Shown here: piece after piece, positions 1 to 13,190 of the stretch | Numbering within the stretch: position 1 is the first letter of the stretch | Layout of the letters: the number at the start of each line of letters is the position of its first letter | NCBI GenBank assembly: GCA_016748015.1 | Contig: JAAOMT010000241.1 | Coordinates: 1-40,921, forward strand | Reading direction: 5' to 3' | Source: Geosiphon pyriformis uo1 | Lineage: Eukaryota > Fungi > Glomeromycota | DNA length: 40,921 nt | Notes under the pieces: model-generated | Told to the model about the DNA's origin: nothing | The model's input: only the letters and a program-made list of their open reading frames with translations | Databases searched by the model: none | Program-made: the position numbers and the translations under genes

Positions 1-811
1 ATTTAGTCTTTGAAAAAGTTTTAGAGAGCAGAGAAAATTTAACTTTTAAAGAAATTGCTTAGATATGTAATCATTAATCTCGTCAAAATTTGAGCAGCTT
101 ATAATTAGATACTATTATAATACAAAGCTAATGGATTTACAACAATATATTCAGAGGAAAACTTTTATTATTTTTTGGTCTGAAAAATGCCTATGTTATA
201 AAATAAAAACTACTATATCTTTGACTCAATACAAAAGTTTTGTATTTTATTTATTTAGCCATTTTTTTGAAATCGGCTTTTCCCATAATATTTATTAAAA
301 AATAAACCAATGACTCTATAAAATTGTACAAAAAATTAGCATTGAAAAAATATCAATTATAAGCTTGTGCTGTTATGAACTTTCCGATCGATTCAATAAT
401 TTTTATATGATGCTTCATTTTATAACTGACTTCATCCTAATTTCATAAATTAAGTTGAATCAGTTTTGGGGCTGAGCTAATCAGGGAAAAGAACAAAAAA
501 TTTTTTTTTAAAAAAAAAACAATATAAACAATAGCATTGAAAGATAGACATATTAATTCTACTATTGATTCTTTTAAATTTTTTATATGTTTAATTGTTT
601 TATTCAAATTATTAGTTTTATATAATATATCTGCTTTTTTTTTCTATTATAAAAAAGCCCAACAGAATTTTGCTTAAATAAAATGATACAAAATAAAATA
701 ATTTATTATTTTAGATTATTTTAAAACTTGAAAAATTTGTAAATTTAAAATTTAGCATATTATTATTAACATATTAATAAAATTTACTAAATTTATTTTA
801 TCATCAATATT
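1..811 (+). repeat. Left arm of long near-identical inverted repeat (partner 8418-9224); runs off window start
   Basis: ATTTAGTCTTTGAAAAAG at 1 is the reverse complement of CTTTTTCAAAGACTAAAT ending at 9224. The match continues to ~811/8418. I saw differences only beyond ~630. Confidence 0.95.
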
Positions 812-2604
812 TTTACAATAGCTATTTAAATCTTATTCTCATCATAATATCATAAAAAATTATATTCTAAAAATTATGATTACAATAAACGTGTGACTTT
901 ACGCAAAATAAGAAATCAAAAATAAATGAAACATTTATTACTGAAAAACTTTAAAGAATCAAGGAATGATAATATATTTAGTCAATGTATCAGATAACTA
1001 TGTTTTTGTTAAAAGATATTAAAATACACATATATTATATATATTCATTTGTATTTTCACTAACTTACTTATAATATTTGAAAAGGTCATGCTCATTGAA
1101 AATAAATATACTGAATGACAAGGGAATTTTTCAAGAAATATATTGCGAAGAAAATTATCAAGTTTTTTAAAATTTATGAGTTAATAACTCAGCAAAATCT
1201 TTCCTTTCCTTATTTTTTCAAAGTATTATCGCTATATTTGAATTCTTTACATATGATTTTATTAAATCCAAATCCAATATTTGGAATGATTCTGAAAAAA
1301 CTTTAGGAAATGTAATATTCGCAATTCAAATAAAATTATCAAATACTTGCCAAAGTAACATAATATTATTTTCTAAATGAATTTAGATAAAAATTCTAAT
1401 TCATAACCATCTTTAAGAAGAATTGCCAAATATCCTAAGAGAAAAAAAAAAGGAGAATTTGATATAATCTATAAGCCAACATGGATTAATCAAAAGATTG
1501 ATTTAAATAGTAAAAAACATTATGGCAAAGACAATTATTTATTTAGCCGTTATTTATTTTGTATTGAAATTAATTCATTCAATTTGTATCATTTTTTCAC
1601 TTGGTAATTGATTATTCCAAGTTACGTTTATTAAGAATGTATTTTGTTTATCAACAAATTTTTATTTACGAGTTGTTCTGATAAAATAAATGATCGCGTG
1701 GTATAAGCTTTTGAACTAAATGAATCCATGGTAGGTACGGTTTATTATGATCTATACTCAGGCAACATCTCATAATATAATCGGTGTAATATAAAAAAAT
1801 TTGCGACTTCCAATTATGTCAACCAGCCAATTAAAAAATAACATATTAAAAACGAATACCTAGTTTCATTTAGAAATCCCCAATGTTGATTGATGACTCA
1901 GGTAGTAAATCTGAATCTGAAGTTTTTTTGATCTATAATGAAAAAATTTACATTCAATAATAATATTATTATTATTGTTGTTGTTGTTATTCATATTTCT
2001 AATAAGATTAGCAAAATATAATTACTGAAATCGTTAATGAAATAGGTTATTTTGATGCCTGAAAAAATGTTATTGCTAATTCAAAAGATTTTAAAATGTT
2101 TATGATATCTTATAATTTTTCTTTGTTTATAAGATTGATAAAAATGTTTTAGTTATTATTGACATTTCAATTGATGTTTCTAATTTTTCATTTCATAATC
2201 AGTATAAAATGAGTCAAGGTTTCTTGTTATTCATTCACAGATGTAGTAAAAAATTTAATAATTCACATGCCGTCGACTTATTTTTAATATCTTGTTTGTT
2301 AACAAACAAGTGAATAGTATGAGAAATTCAAGAAAGTCATTATTATTTCTTCTGAATCTATAAATACACACACCATATTAGCATTATTATCACTAACAAC
2401 AAAATATATATTAAATTCTTCAAGTTTTGTTAATAAAAATGAAAGAAATTATATTTTTTAAAGCATAAAAAGAGGATTCACTATTTTAAATTCTAGGGTA
2501 AGTTATTGAGAAGTTATTTCAATGAATCCAATTTTGCTGCAAGCTGTCCATAAATCAGTTGTGATAGTTACAAATCAGCAATCAAAACTTTTAAAAAAAT
2601 TGCA

Positions 2605-3810
2605 AAATTAAACTTCATTCTCAAAATGGAGAGTAAAAAATATTGCAATAATTATATTTATTCTATAACTCTATTTTGAAAATCTGTACTTCAAAATAAA
2701 ACTCGTTTTTGGTCTTATTATTCTGCATCATCACTATTTATTTGTAGCCATTTAATATAATACAAGGATTAAAGATATCTTATTGAAGTAATTTAATAAG
2801 ATACTTTCATTCAAAAGTATTTGAATTCAAGAAGTTCTTGTTTAACTCAAAAATTCATGTAATATTTAATTAATTGCATTAAGCTCAACTTGCCTTAACT
2901 CAATTTTCTTTATTTAGAATAATTGAATGAGCTAAAGCTTTAATACAGTTTGTATTGTACGTTTTTCATCCAACCAAATTTTTAATTTTAAAGATTTACC
3001 TTCCCTATCATATCCCACTACATCATGTACACAAAGGAAAATTCAGTTTTTCTTCTTATTTGTTTGATCGATATTGAAATAAACGAGATTTAAACCAGGT
3101 AAAACATGCTAGTTTTTAACTAAAAATAAGAATAAATCAGGAAAAAATAAGAAGTTATATTGAAAAATATATTCGAAATTAAGTTGGTTTCCCACAAAGA
3201 ATACTCAATAATTGATTAAGCAATATAAATAATAATAATAATAAAGTTCTAATTATGGAAAGTTAACGGCATCATTTTTTTTGAAAGATGACAAAAATTA
3301 CCAGTGTTCTCATAAATTGATACCTTGACCTTTCACAATTCTCTTTACTAATTTATAATATTGTTATATGGAGCGAGAAATATAATTCAAATAACAGAAC
3401 TTTTGTAAAAGGCAATACAGTTTCACTTTGTGTAGATATTGCATGGAATTAGTTTAAACTTGTTTCTAATACTAATTTTGATAGCTTATACATATTTTTG
3501 TCAATATGAAAGAAAATCTTTTCGATAATCCAAAAAAAAATCCTCAAGTTTTCTGAAGAAAAAGCTAAGACATCTTATTATCTTTTCTTCAAATCAAACA
3601 CACTCTTTAAACTCAAATCTTTATTCAACACCTAACAATATTTTTCAATTTTTCACAAGTAAAATATTAGATCAAGAAACTTATCAAAATTTAACCATTA
3701 AAAATTCCCCTAATGACAGCTGAATTGGCCAAAATTGTGCACAAACCATTTTCTAGACTAGCCAAAAAAAGGAACCAATATTAGTATATTTTTCAGAAAC
3801 GGAAAAAAAT
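2605..3810 (-). repeat. Copy A of triplicated ~1.2-kb decayed gene segment
   Basis: Shares blocks such as AAAGGCAATACAGTTTCACTTTGTGTAGATATTGCATGGAA and GAAAATCTGTACTTC with copy C (direct) and copy B (inverted). Confidence 0.85.
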
Positions 3811-3844
3811 GATGAAAAAGCATTTAAACTCACTTAAAAAGTAG

Positions 3845-5000
3845 CGCCAAATTTGATAATGGCTTAAGTAGGGATAATTTTTAAATTCAAAAAACTTTTT
3901 GAAAGTGTTGAAACCCTTTCATATTAGCCATTTCTGGTTAGGACATTTAGATATAAATTTTTGGTGGGTAATTGTCGGAATATATGGAGCGCTCTTTTAA
4001 CCAAGTTTGAATGTTGGTGAGAAAAAAATTTATTTTCTGAAAAAGGTCTTTTTTTTTGGCTTATACGTATAGTCCAAAATTTTTTTTTAAGAGAGTTCGT
4101 AATGGATAAATTTTAATAAATTTCTTGAGCTAATATTTTATTTGTGAAAATTAGAAAAATATTATGAAGTGCTGAATAAAAATTTGAGTCAAAGAGTATG
4201 TTTAAATTGAAAACAAATAATTAGATGTTTTTAGCTTTTTCCGGAAAGTTGAGGATTTTTTTGGATTGTCGAGAAGCTTTTCTTTTATAGTGACAAAATA
4301 TTATATAAGCTATTAAAATCAGCTTCAGAGCCAGGTTTGACTGATTTCCATGCAATATCTACACAAAGTGAAACTGTATTGCCTTTTACAAAGTTTCTGC
4401 GATTTAAATCGTATTTCTTGTGCCATAGAACAATATATTATAGGTTAGTAAAGAGAATTTGTGAAAGGTCAAGATACCAATTATGAGAACACTGGTAATT
4501 TTCGTCATCATTCAAAAAAAATAATACTGTTAACTTTGAATAATTAGAACTTTATTATTATCAATATTATTAATATTGCTTATACAATTATTGATTCTTG
4601 GTGGGACACTAACTTTATTTCAAAAAAAAATTTTCAATTAACTTCTTATTTTAAATTAGAAACCAGCATGTTTTATTAGCTTTCAATCTAGTTTATTCAA
4701 TATCGACCAAACAAATATAAAGAAAAATCGTATTTCCGTAATGGAACACGATGAAGAAGTAAATCTTTAAAATTAGAAATTCAGTAGATTTGGATGAAAA
4801 CATACAATCTAAACTGTGTCAAAACTTTATTTTTAAACATACAAAATAAAGGGATATTGAGTTTAGGCAGGTGATGATGATTATGATTATGATGATGATA
4901 CAGAATAGTAAGACAAAAAACGAGTTTCATTTTGGAAGTACAGATTTTCAAAAAATAGAGTCCAGATCATTTGATTGATAAAAGATTAATCAAAAGCTTG
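3845..5000 (+). repeat. Copy B of triplicated segment (inverted relative to A and C)
   Basis: TTCCATGCAATATCTACACAAAGTGAAACTGTATTGCCTTT at ~4346-4386 is the reverse complement of the A/C block. Residual frame reads SDKILYKLLKSASEPGLTDFHAISTQSETVLPFTK. Confidence 0.85.
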
Positions 5001-5046
5001 ATGTTGAACCAGATATGTATTATTTGTTATAAGAATAAAAAAGCTT

Positions 5047-5460
5047 AATTTTTGGGATGCCTTAATAGCTATGGACCATGAGTTAAAAGATATTTTGAGA
5101 TCATAAAGCCAAAATTTAAAGAATTTATGATTATCAACTTCAAATTAGTTCGAGTGATAGTAAGAAGCTTATAGAATTTCTAAAATAAAATATATTTAAT
5201 TTAAATATTAAATTGCTTATCTTAAGCATTTTAGTATACGTTTTGCTTGGAATGCTGTAAATAATAACACTCAATCTTAAACAAAAATAAGCGTGTACAC
5301 TTTAAGGCAACCTCACGTTGGCAATCACCAATTTACCCATCATATGATTTCACTTGCCAGTATGTTGTATAATCTTTAAATCACCAATATGGATAATTAT
5401 GTTCCAAGTCTACCATCGAGTGTTTATGTAGGACTAACATCAGGGTCAGATAATTTTATC
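5047..5460 (+). pseudogene. Class 3 lipase pseudogene fragment
   Basis: From 5281 reads TKISVYTLRQPHVGNHQFTHH..L*ITNMDNYVPSLP, matching lipase_3 motifs YTFGQPRVGN and RITNxxDxVPxLP. NFWDAL at 5047. In-frame TAA at 5377. Confidence 0.75.
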
Positions 5461-6118
5461 AAAGAGAGCCTGATAAATATTTCTAAAATTTCTTTCTTAG
5501 ATTTTAAAGAATCATTTATTTTTACTATCCCGACATTGGATTTACTAATTGATTAACTTAGTTTTTGGCAAAGAATAACATTCTTCAAATATATATTGTT
5601 CCAAATCATCCAAATTAAGTTTTGCTTGCTAAGTCTATTAAATAGGCTTTTAGAAAAGATAAAAAATGAAAGATTTCTATGTAGTAACTTTTATCTGCTT
5701 TTTGATAAGTTTGTTTTCCCAAAAAACAGTAATTAGAAAAATATTTTGCAAAAATCAAATCTTGAAAGATTAAAGAGCACTATTATTATAAACCTTATCA
5801 TTAAAGTCTAATCATACAAATTTCAAAACCCCCTTTTTTGAGTCATATTTGTAAACATCATATTTCTTCATTTTGTGACAAAGATCTAAAATTATTCTTA
5901 TACTTAATGTTATAACTTATATACATTTGAATTGTCAAAATCTTATCTTTAATTTGTCTTTAAATTTAATTTTAGGTGGAAAATTTGATTTAATTCACAT
6001 CATTAGGTTAATTATTATAAACTGCAAAAGGTAATATTAAAATTAATTATTTTTTATAGCCAAAAAGGCTATTATAATCAATCAATTCTTCATTAATCTG
6101 TTTTAAACCATTTTGTGT

Positions 6119-6268
6119 CTAAATATCGATAAAAATTTGAAGATCCCTGTGTTCCGCAAATGTTAAAATCATTATAAATTCATTGGTTATAACATTTTTG
6201 GTAATTCCACAGCATTCAAGGACATATTTGCAAAATGAACTTCTAAGATGCACAATAAACCATTTAAA
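6119..6268 (-). pseudogene. Protein kinase (TKL-like) fragment, subdomains IV-V
   Basis: FKWFIVHLRSSFCKYVLECCGITKNVITNEFIMILTFAEHRDL resembles the YGIT...xxMVLxYAxxGxL segment of fungal TKL kinases; flanks are decayed. Confidence 0.65.
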
Positions 6269-6661
6269 TGCATTTTTTGGTTTAAAAAAGAAATAGGGAT
6301 AACAAAAATCATATATATTAATCTTTTAAGATCTCACAGATTACTTTACATGTCTATAAATAGACTTAAGTTATATATCTTTTTTTCAGTTTAATTTAGT
6401 TTCATTTCCATATGGCATATGTTTACCAAGACTCTGATTCTTTTTTTAATGATGTGTTCAGTACTTTTTCTCCCTTATATGGTACAATAAATCTCTATAT
6501 AGAAAAATTGCCATGTAACATATAACTATTGTTTTGTTTTACATATGATTTCAAATATATATACATATCGAGATTTTGAATATTTTATCAAGCTACCATC
6601 AACATCAACATAGACGCAAAATAAGACAATAATTCTCTAAATTTGAACAATAAAAATATAC

Positions 6662-7872
6662 AAATTAAACTTTTTTCTCAAAATGGAGGAGAAAAAAATG
6701 TTATTTCCCAATTTAAGAATTTGATTATGATTTGGATTAATCAAGAGATTGCAAGCTTTAACCACTTTTGTTAATTCTTTGTCAATCAAATGATCTAGAA
6801 TTTCCAACAACTTTATTTTTGAAAATCTGTACTTCCAATTTGAAACTCGTTTTTGTCTTAATATTCTGTATCATCATCAAAATCATCCTCATAATCATCA
6901 CCTGCCTAAGCCCAATTTCCCTTTATTTAGTCTATTCAAAAATAAAGTTTTGACACAGTTGAGATTGTATGTTCTCATCCAAATCTACTGAATTTTTAAT
7001 TATAAAGATTTACTTCTTCATCGTGTTCCACCACCTCATTGAAAATATATTCAAAATTAAGTTAGTTTCCCACCAAGGATATTCAATAATTGAATAAGCA
7101 ATATAAATAATAATAATAATAATAATAATAATAAAGTTCTGATTTTGCAAGTTAAGGCATCCTTTTTGTAATTACCAGCGTTCTCTTAATTGGTACCTTG
7201 GCCTTTCACAAATTCCCTTTATTGTATGCACAAGAACTACAATTTAAGTCGCAGGAGAACTTTTGTGAAAGGCAATATGGTTTAACTTTGTGTAGATATT
7301 GCATTGAAATCAGTAAAACCTGGCTTTAATAATAATTTTAATAGCTTATATATCATTTTGTCGCTATAAAAAAGAAGCTTTTCGACAATCAAAAAAAAAT
7401 CTTCAACTTTTCTGAAGAAGAGGCTAAAAACATCTAATTAGTTTTTCTTCGAATTAAACATGCTCTTTGAGCTCAAATATTTATTTAACACCTCACAATA
7501 TTTTTCCAATTTTTCAAGCGTAAAATGTTCAATAACAAAAATTTTGAATTAAACAATTAATCATTTGGAGAAATCCAAGAAACAGCCAATTATAAATCTT
7601 TAGATTCTCCTAGAGACAGAGCTTTTTCTGGGCTACACGTATCAGCCAAAAAAGCAGCCGAATTTTGTATCTTTTTCGGAAAATGAATATTTTTTTCGCC
7701 CACATCCAAACTTAGTTAAAAAAGTGTATCCATATATTTCGACAAGTATCCACCAAAAATTCAAATCACAATATCCTGATCAAAATGACCAAGATGAAAC
7801 AGTTTCAACACTTTCAAAAACTCTTACTGAATTTAAAAAAATAATTCTACTTAAGTCATTATCAAATTTAGC
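6662..7872 (-). repeat. Copy C of triplicated segment (relic reading frames continue on - strand to ~8190)
   Basis: Direct repeat of A, inverted repeat of B; interrupted - strand frames. Confidence 0.85.
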
Positions 7873-8417
7873 ACATGGCCGCAAACAATCAATCAGAAGC
7901 TCATGAAAATTTATCGCTTGTTTGGCGCTCCTTTGACAAATTGAAAATTAGATTTTATTATCTTCATTAAATACAGTCCTGGTGGCAAGTAATAGTGGTC
8001 AAATTTTTTTGGAATCACACAATTTTTTTAAACACGAACCCTGTAGGGTTTTTATTCAAGATCCCTTACTATTAATGCTATAATATATATATATAATTTA
8101 ATATATATCCTGTATTTACACAACCTTGAATATGGGCAAACATTCCACGATTATTAGTAAGTGCCACCTCTTCTAGAAGCTTTGCAAATGATTTTTCAGT
8201 TAATTACTTTTTTAATTATTTTTTTAATCAATCACGTTTTAATTTTATTATCAATATATTTTTTATTTACAAAGTATAACAAAAAATAACCTTCCATTCA
8301 ATTAGATTTAAATGAAATTTTATAATTAACGTATTGTTAAAAAGGCCAAAAAACACCATGGTGTTGCTATGTAAAATAAGATCCATTATTTTTACTTGAG
8401 CAGAAGCATATTGAAAG

Positions 8418-9224
8418 AATATTGATGATAAATAAATTTAGTGAATTTTATTAATATGTTAATAATAATATGCTAAATTTTAAATTTACAAATTTTTCAA
8501 GTTTTAAAATAATCTAAAATAATAAATTATTTTATTTTGTATCATTTTATTTAAGCAACATTCTGTTGGGCTTTTTTATAATAGAAAAAAGCAGATATAT
8601 TATATAAAACTAATAATTTGAATAAAACAATTAAACATATAAAAAATTTAAAAGAATCAATAGTAGAATTAATATGTCTATCTTTCAATGCTATTGTTTA
8701 TATTGTTTTTTTTTTAAAAAAAAATTTTTTGTTCTTTTCCCTGATTAGCTCAGCCCCAAAACTGATTCAACTTAATTTATGAAATTAGGATGAAGTCAGT
8801 TATAAAATGAAGCATCATATAAAAATTATTGAATCGATCGGAAAGTTCATAACAGCACAAGCTTATAATTGATATTTTTTCAATGCTAATTTTTTGTACA
8901 ATTTTATAGAGTCATTGGTTTATTTTTTAATAAATATTATGGGAAAAGCCGATTTCAAAAAAATGGCTAAATAAATAAAATACAAAACTTTTGTATTGAG
9001 TCAAAGATATAGTAGTTTTTATTTTATAACATAGGCATTTTTCAGACCAAAAAATAATAAAAGTTTTCCTCTGAATATATTGTTGTAAATCCATTAGCTT
9101 TGTATTATAATAGTATCTAATTATAAGCTGCTCAAATTTTGACGAGATTAATGATTACATATCTAAGCAATTTCTTTAAAAGTTAAATTTTCTCTGCTCT
9201 CTAAAACTTTTTCAAAGACTAAAT
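8418..9224 (-). repeat. Right arm of inverted repeat of 1-811
   Basis: Reverse complement of 1-811. Confidence 0.95.
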
Positions 9225-9504
9225 CATCAATTTTAATAGTAGAGTAAATTTATACATAAATTTGTTTCACCTGTTGTTTTTTGAACTTGGTAATTATTAA
9301 CTAAAAAGTGATTGAACAAATAAATAATTTTCCTATAGTTGAAAACAATTCCCTACTTTAAAGATGAAATGGAATTATAAAATATGCGTAAATAAGTTAT
9401 TTGATAAAAATAATGCTTATTTTTTTAACCACTTTATAACCCTATTGAGATTGAAACCCCACAATGAGGAATATAATTCTAATTAATTAATGCTGGCGCA
9501 GAAC

Positions 9505-9702
9505 CTAATCCTGACCCAGTTCGTGATACTGATCGTGATCTTGACCTAGTTCGTGACTCTGTTCCTGATCCAGTTCATTAATCTGATCCTCCTCCTGATT
9601 CTGAAACGCAGGGGTTGGTAGAGCCGAGACGAAGATATGTGTGAGAAGAATTGTTGCAACCAAAAGAAAAATGAATGCACGGGTAAATCGTAGGTACAAC
9701 AT
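9505..9702 (-). CDS. Small secreted protein, 65 aa, with acidic 8-residue repeats
   Basis: Basic N-terminus, hydrophobic core and VSA|LP cleavage-like site. Three (D/E)Qx(H/N)EL(G/D)Q units. TATAAAA on - strand at 9779-9785. Confidence 0.65.
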   Translation of the reverse strand: MLYLRFTRAFIFLLVATILLTHIFVSALPTPAFQNQEEDQINELDQEQSHELGQDHDQYHELGQD

Positions 9703-11169
9703 TTTGAAAAAATTAAAATTGATAGGAAAAGCAAAAGAAATTTTGTCGATTAAATAGATGATTTCAAAGGTGCTTTCTTTTTATAAAGAATTTTTTCTAG
9801 TTGATTCTAGCTTGAAAAAGATTTAATATATTTCAGAATTCACTTTTAAAAAATCAAAATATCAAAACTTGTTTAGTTTTCAAATTAAAATTTATTGATT
9901 AATTTTAAGGGAATGAGATCAAGAATATTTAGCCTCTTACCTTTTGAAGCTAGAATAAACTCTATCATCGAGAAAATCATCGCTCATTGTATTATTGCTA
10001 AATAAATATGGTTTTTACTGGATTCTCATATTATTTGGTGAGCTAAATTTTCCCTAAAAAAGCTATAACTTGAAAAGTTTTAACAAAAGCAAATGTTTTA
10101 TAGTTTAGAATTAATAATCACAAAAGTTAATTCTGTTTTTCATTGTCATTGCTGTTTTCAATCTAAATGAAAACCAAATGCTCCATTCTTTGGGAACTTG
10201 AACATAATGGGGAAATTAATATTTACACTCTGATTGATAATCGCCATTGAAAACTAGTTTGATGACTAAATAAATGATATGGTCTGGACCATTTCGGGAT
10301 ATGTATCACTGGAAAATAAAAATAGCCCTCTTTTCACCTACCTCTTTTGTTACGGATGTAGATAAATTAAAGGTAAAGATACGAATTTTTAAGTTCGCTT
10401 AACTTTATTGATATTCTTTTTTCTAGGGCACTTTATCTAACGATTATTATCGATAATAAAATGATTAAAGTTGAACTACACGTATTCCAACGTTTAAGAA
10501 CTTCTTTTTTACCAGCAAAAGCACCGCACCACCTGTGACGCAACACAGCTTAAATGCCTCCAAGGTTTTAGTATTTATTGCTGATTTCAATAATTAATTC
10601 TATTTACTCAGCATAATACAAAAGATTTTGTATAATACACCACATTAAAGAAAGATAACATGTTGTTGACATCTTTATAAGCTTTTACGATTCTTGATAG
10701 TGTTACCAGATATATGTGTCAGCAGAAATTGTGGAAAAAGTTTACATTTATTTAAATAGTGTTATAGAATTAGAGTTATAAATTGTAACAAAAAAAGATA
10801 TTTCTTTGAATAATCTTTTGCTGAAGCTTTTGTTCACATTTGGGTTTTGTATATAAACATTGAGTGAGTGAAAAGAATATGTATATTAATCCAATATTAT
10901 TGTGTATATATCTCAACTTCTCTCCAATATGTAAAGTATATTTGCCTTGGCAAGCAAAAAAAGCTACATTTTTTCCAATCAAAGACCTTTATGATCACAA
11001 TGTCTATTGTTTTTTTTTAACACAATTTAAAGTTTCTCTCATGAGTTGAAGCAAAAGATGTGTTAATATTTGTTGGTTATCAACCTATTACACTTGGCTA
11101 GCTCAATTTCACGGTGTTTTGAAAACTAACAAAATCAGTCTTTCTTTTTTATAGATTACAAATCCAATT

Positions 11170-11401
11170 TTTAATTGAGAGCACCAGATTGACAATGCAT
11201 TCAACACATTTTAATCAACATGAACTTGATCGTAAATGGATCTTTATTTTGGATCAGCTTGATCAAATTGAAGCAGACTTGATCCTGAATTTGGACAAGA
11301 AATATCAGCCTCTTTGGGTGAGGCGGAAAATGAAGTGATTTAAATCGAAAACGAGAATCGAATTGATTATGATTTAATGATAATAAAACAATGTACCCCA
11401 T
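11170..11401 (-). pseudogene. Possible frameshifted small secreted protein relic
   Basis: MGYIVLLSL.. then, after frameshifts, IIINSILVF..SASPKEADISCPNSGSSLLQFDQADPK*; needs two frameshifts. Confidence 0.3.
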
Positions 11402-12735
11402 TATTTGAGTTATATTGGTGATTATGAGACTGACTTGTTTTTTTGTGATGAATCAAGAATCTCAAATAAACAATTGTCTACAGGAACTATAAGACAGTCA
11501 TAAGATTAAGTCTATGACAAAGTTTGGAAGACCAAAGAATTACTAGAGGTCGTCGAAAATCTATCACGGCTACTTTTCAACGTTAAGCTGATGTTTGATT
11601 GATAGTTTTTAAAATTAAAATAGCGTATCATTATAAATTTATTAATTGTTAGGGTAAATGAGATAACTCAACTTATAGTTTTCGGTTGAATAAAGTTTAA
11701 CTTTTTCAAGTATATTATTAATATTTATCTCAAATGTGTGAAAAAAAGGTACGCTCTTTATGATCTATTGTATATATTCATGTGCTATCTGGTTTGGGTG
11801 TTTATCGAAAAAAAAATTCGATTTCGTGACGGATTTTAATATTAGGTTTCATAAAATCCAAGTCATTTTTATAGAATAGAATTTTTTTGAAAGTTAATTT
11901 AGATATTAAGCAGAATGTATATATATTTTTAATGCATGAATAGAGATAATGCCTTTTTAAACCCTATCTTCGCAAAATATTAATTTTATAAGGTATTCGA
12001 TCTGGAAATTGCGTAAATGGTTATTTTATTGGATTAGTATTGATACGAATTAAAAAAATATCTTTTCATCAAATGCTAAACGTTTTAATTAAAGATATTG
12101 AATTTCATATTTGAAAATTTTTAACAATAAAGTTTGCAATAAAGAATTTCTAAACTCTTGTTGTTCAAGATTTAAGTATATTGAAATTTAGAAACACAAT
12201 AAATTTGGTTAGGTTTATTTATACCAGAGCTCAATGAAGAAATAAAGGAATTTAATATTGATTACATTTTTGAGTGAGAATGAATTATGATAATTTTTTT
12301 AAATTTCAAGGTATAAAAGATTATAAATTTTGAACCAGCTGTTCTGAGGTTTTATTCATATTCCAGAGCTTGAATATTAATACTTTCAATTTCTTTCTTT
12401 CTTTTACTCAATCTTACTGGTTGTTTTATTAGAATTTATTTTAGAAAATAATTCCCAATACACCACATTTTATATTAGATTTTAAATTAATTATATTTCA
12501 AAAATATATCATCTTAATACCTACACTATCTAATAAAATTCTCGAAAAGCTTATTTAAAGTAAATGTATTGCCAAGTTTCTCAAAATCTTGGAATTTGTT
12601 TTCTATGCGCTCATTAACATTAATACTCATCTATAAAGTGAGGTTAACGACCTAGAAACAGATAAAAATTCAGTTTCAATTAAATTGATTTTATCGACTC
12701 GCTAAAATTTACAACCTTAAAAGTAGAATATGCAT

Positions 12736-13190
12736 TTAGATTGTGAGACGAAAAATTCTTTGCCCTGAGGTGTATAATCCTCCAAAAATTGGATTGTAAC
12801 CAGTTTAACAGTAAAATTCCGTTAAAAGTACCGCAATTGCTTCTTTGGTTGAAGGAACCGATGTTTCATAATCATTATTAGAATAAGGATTGTCAGGATT
12901 ATTATTGCCCCAACACCCAAATTATTAATATAATTGAGTCTGGCATTGGGTAGATACCTTAGTAAAAAGTTAAATCGGTATTTAGATCGATTGAATTTCC
13001 TGGATAACCACTTCCATACAGTTCTTGCTCTTGTTCCTGTTCCTGTTCCTGTTCCTGTCCTTGTTCTTTGGTCTATTTTGTTTAATAAATTTTTAATATA
13101 TTGATGACGATGGAGTTCGGAGTTGCAATGCTTAAAGTTGTAGTTTACAAAAAAAATTAGCATGAACAAAATTTAAAAAAGATGAGAAAA
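12736..13190 (-). pseudogene. Decayed Q/E-repeat (possibly secreted) protein gene
   Basis: Alternative frame reads TTTLSIATP..TKEQGQEQEQEQEQELYGSGYPG..NNNPDNPYSNNDYETSVP with stops; (CAGGAA)n at ~13021-13066. Confidence 0.35.

Noticed and set aside
4290-4400. STQSE as a MULE transposase STQRVES motif
   Set aside because: Too short, and no DDE or other transposase motifs nearby
12822-13169. 115-aa ORF with TGTGTG repeat
   Set aside because: No ATG at the called start; probably the wrong frame of a QE-repeat relic
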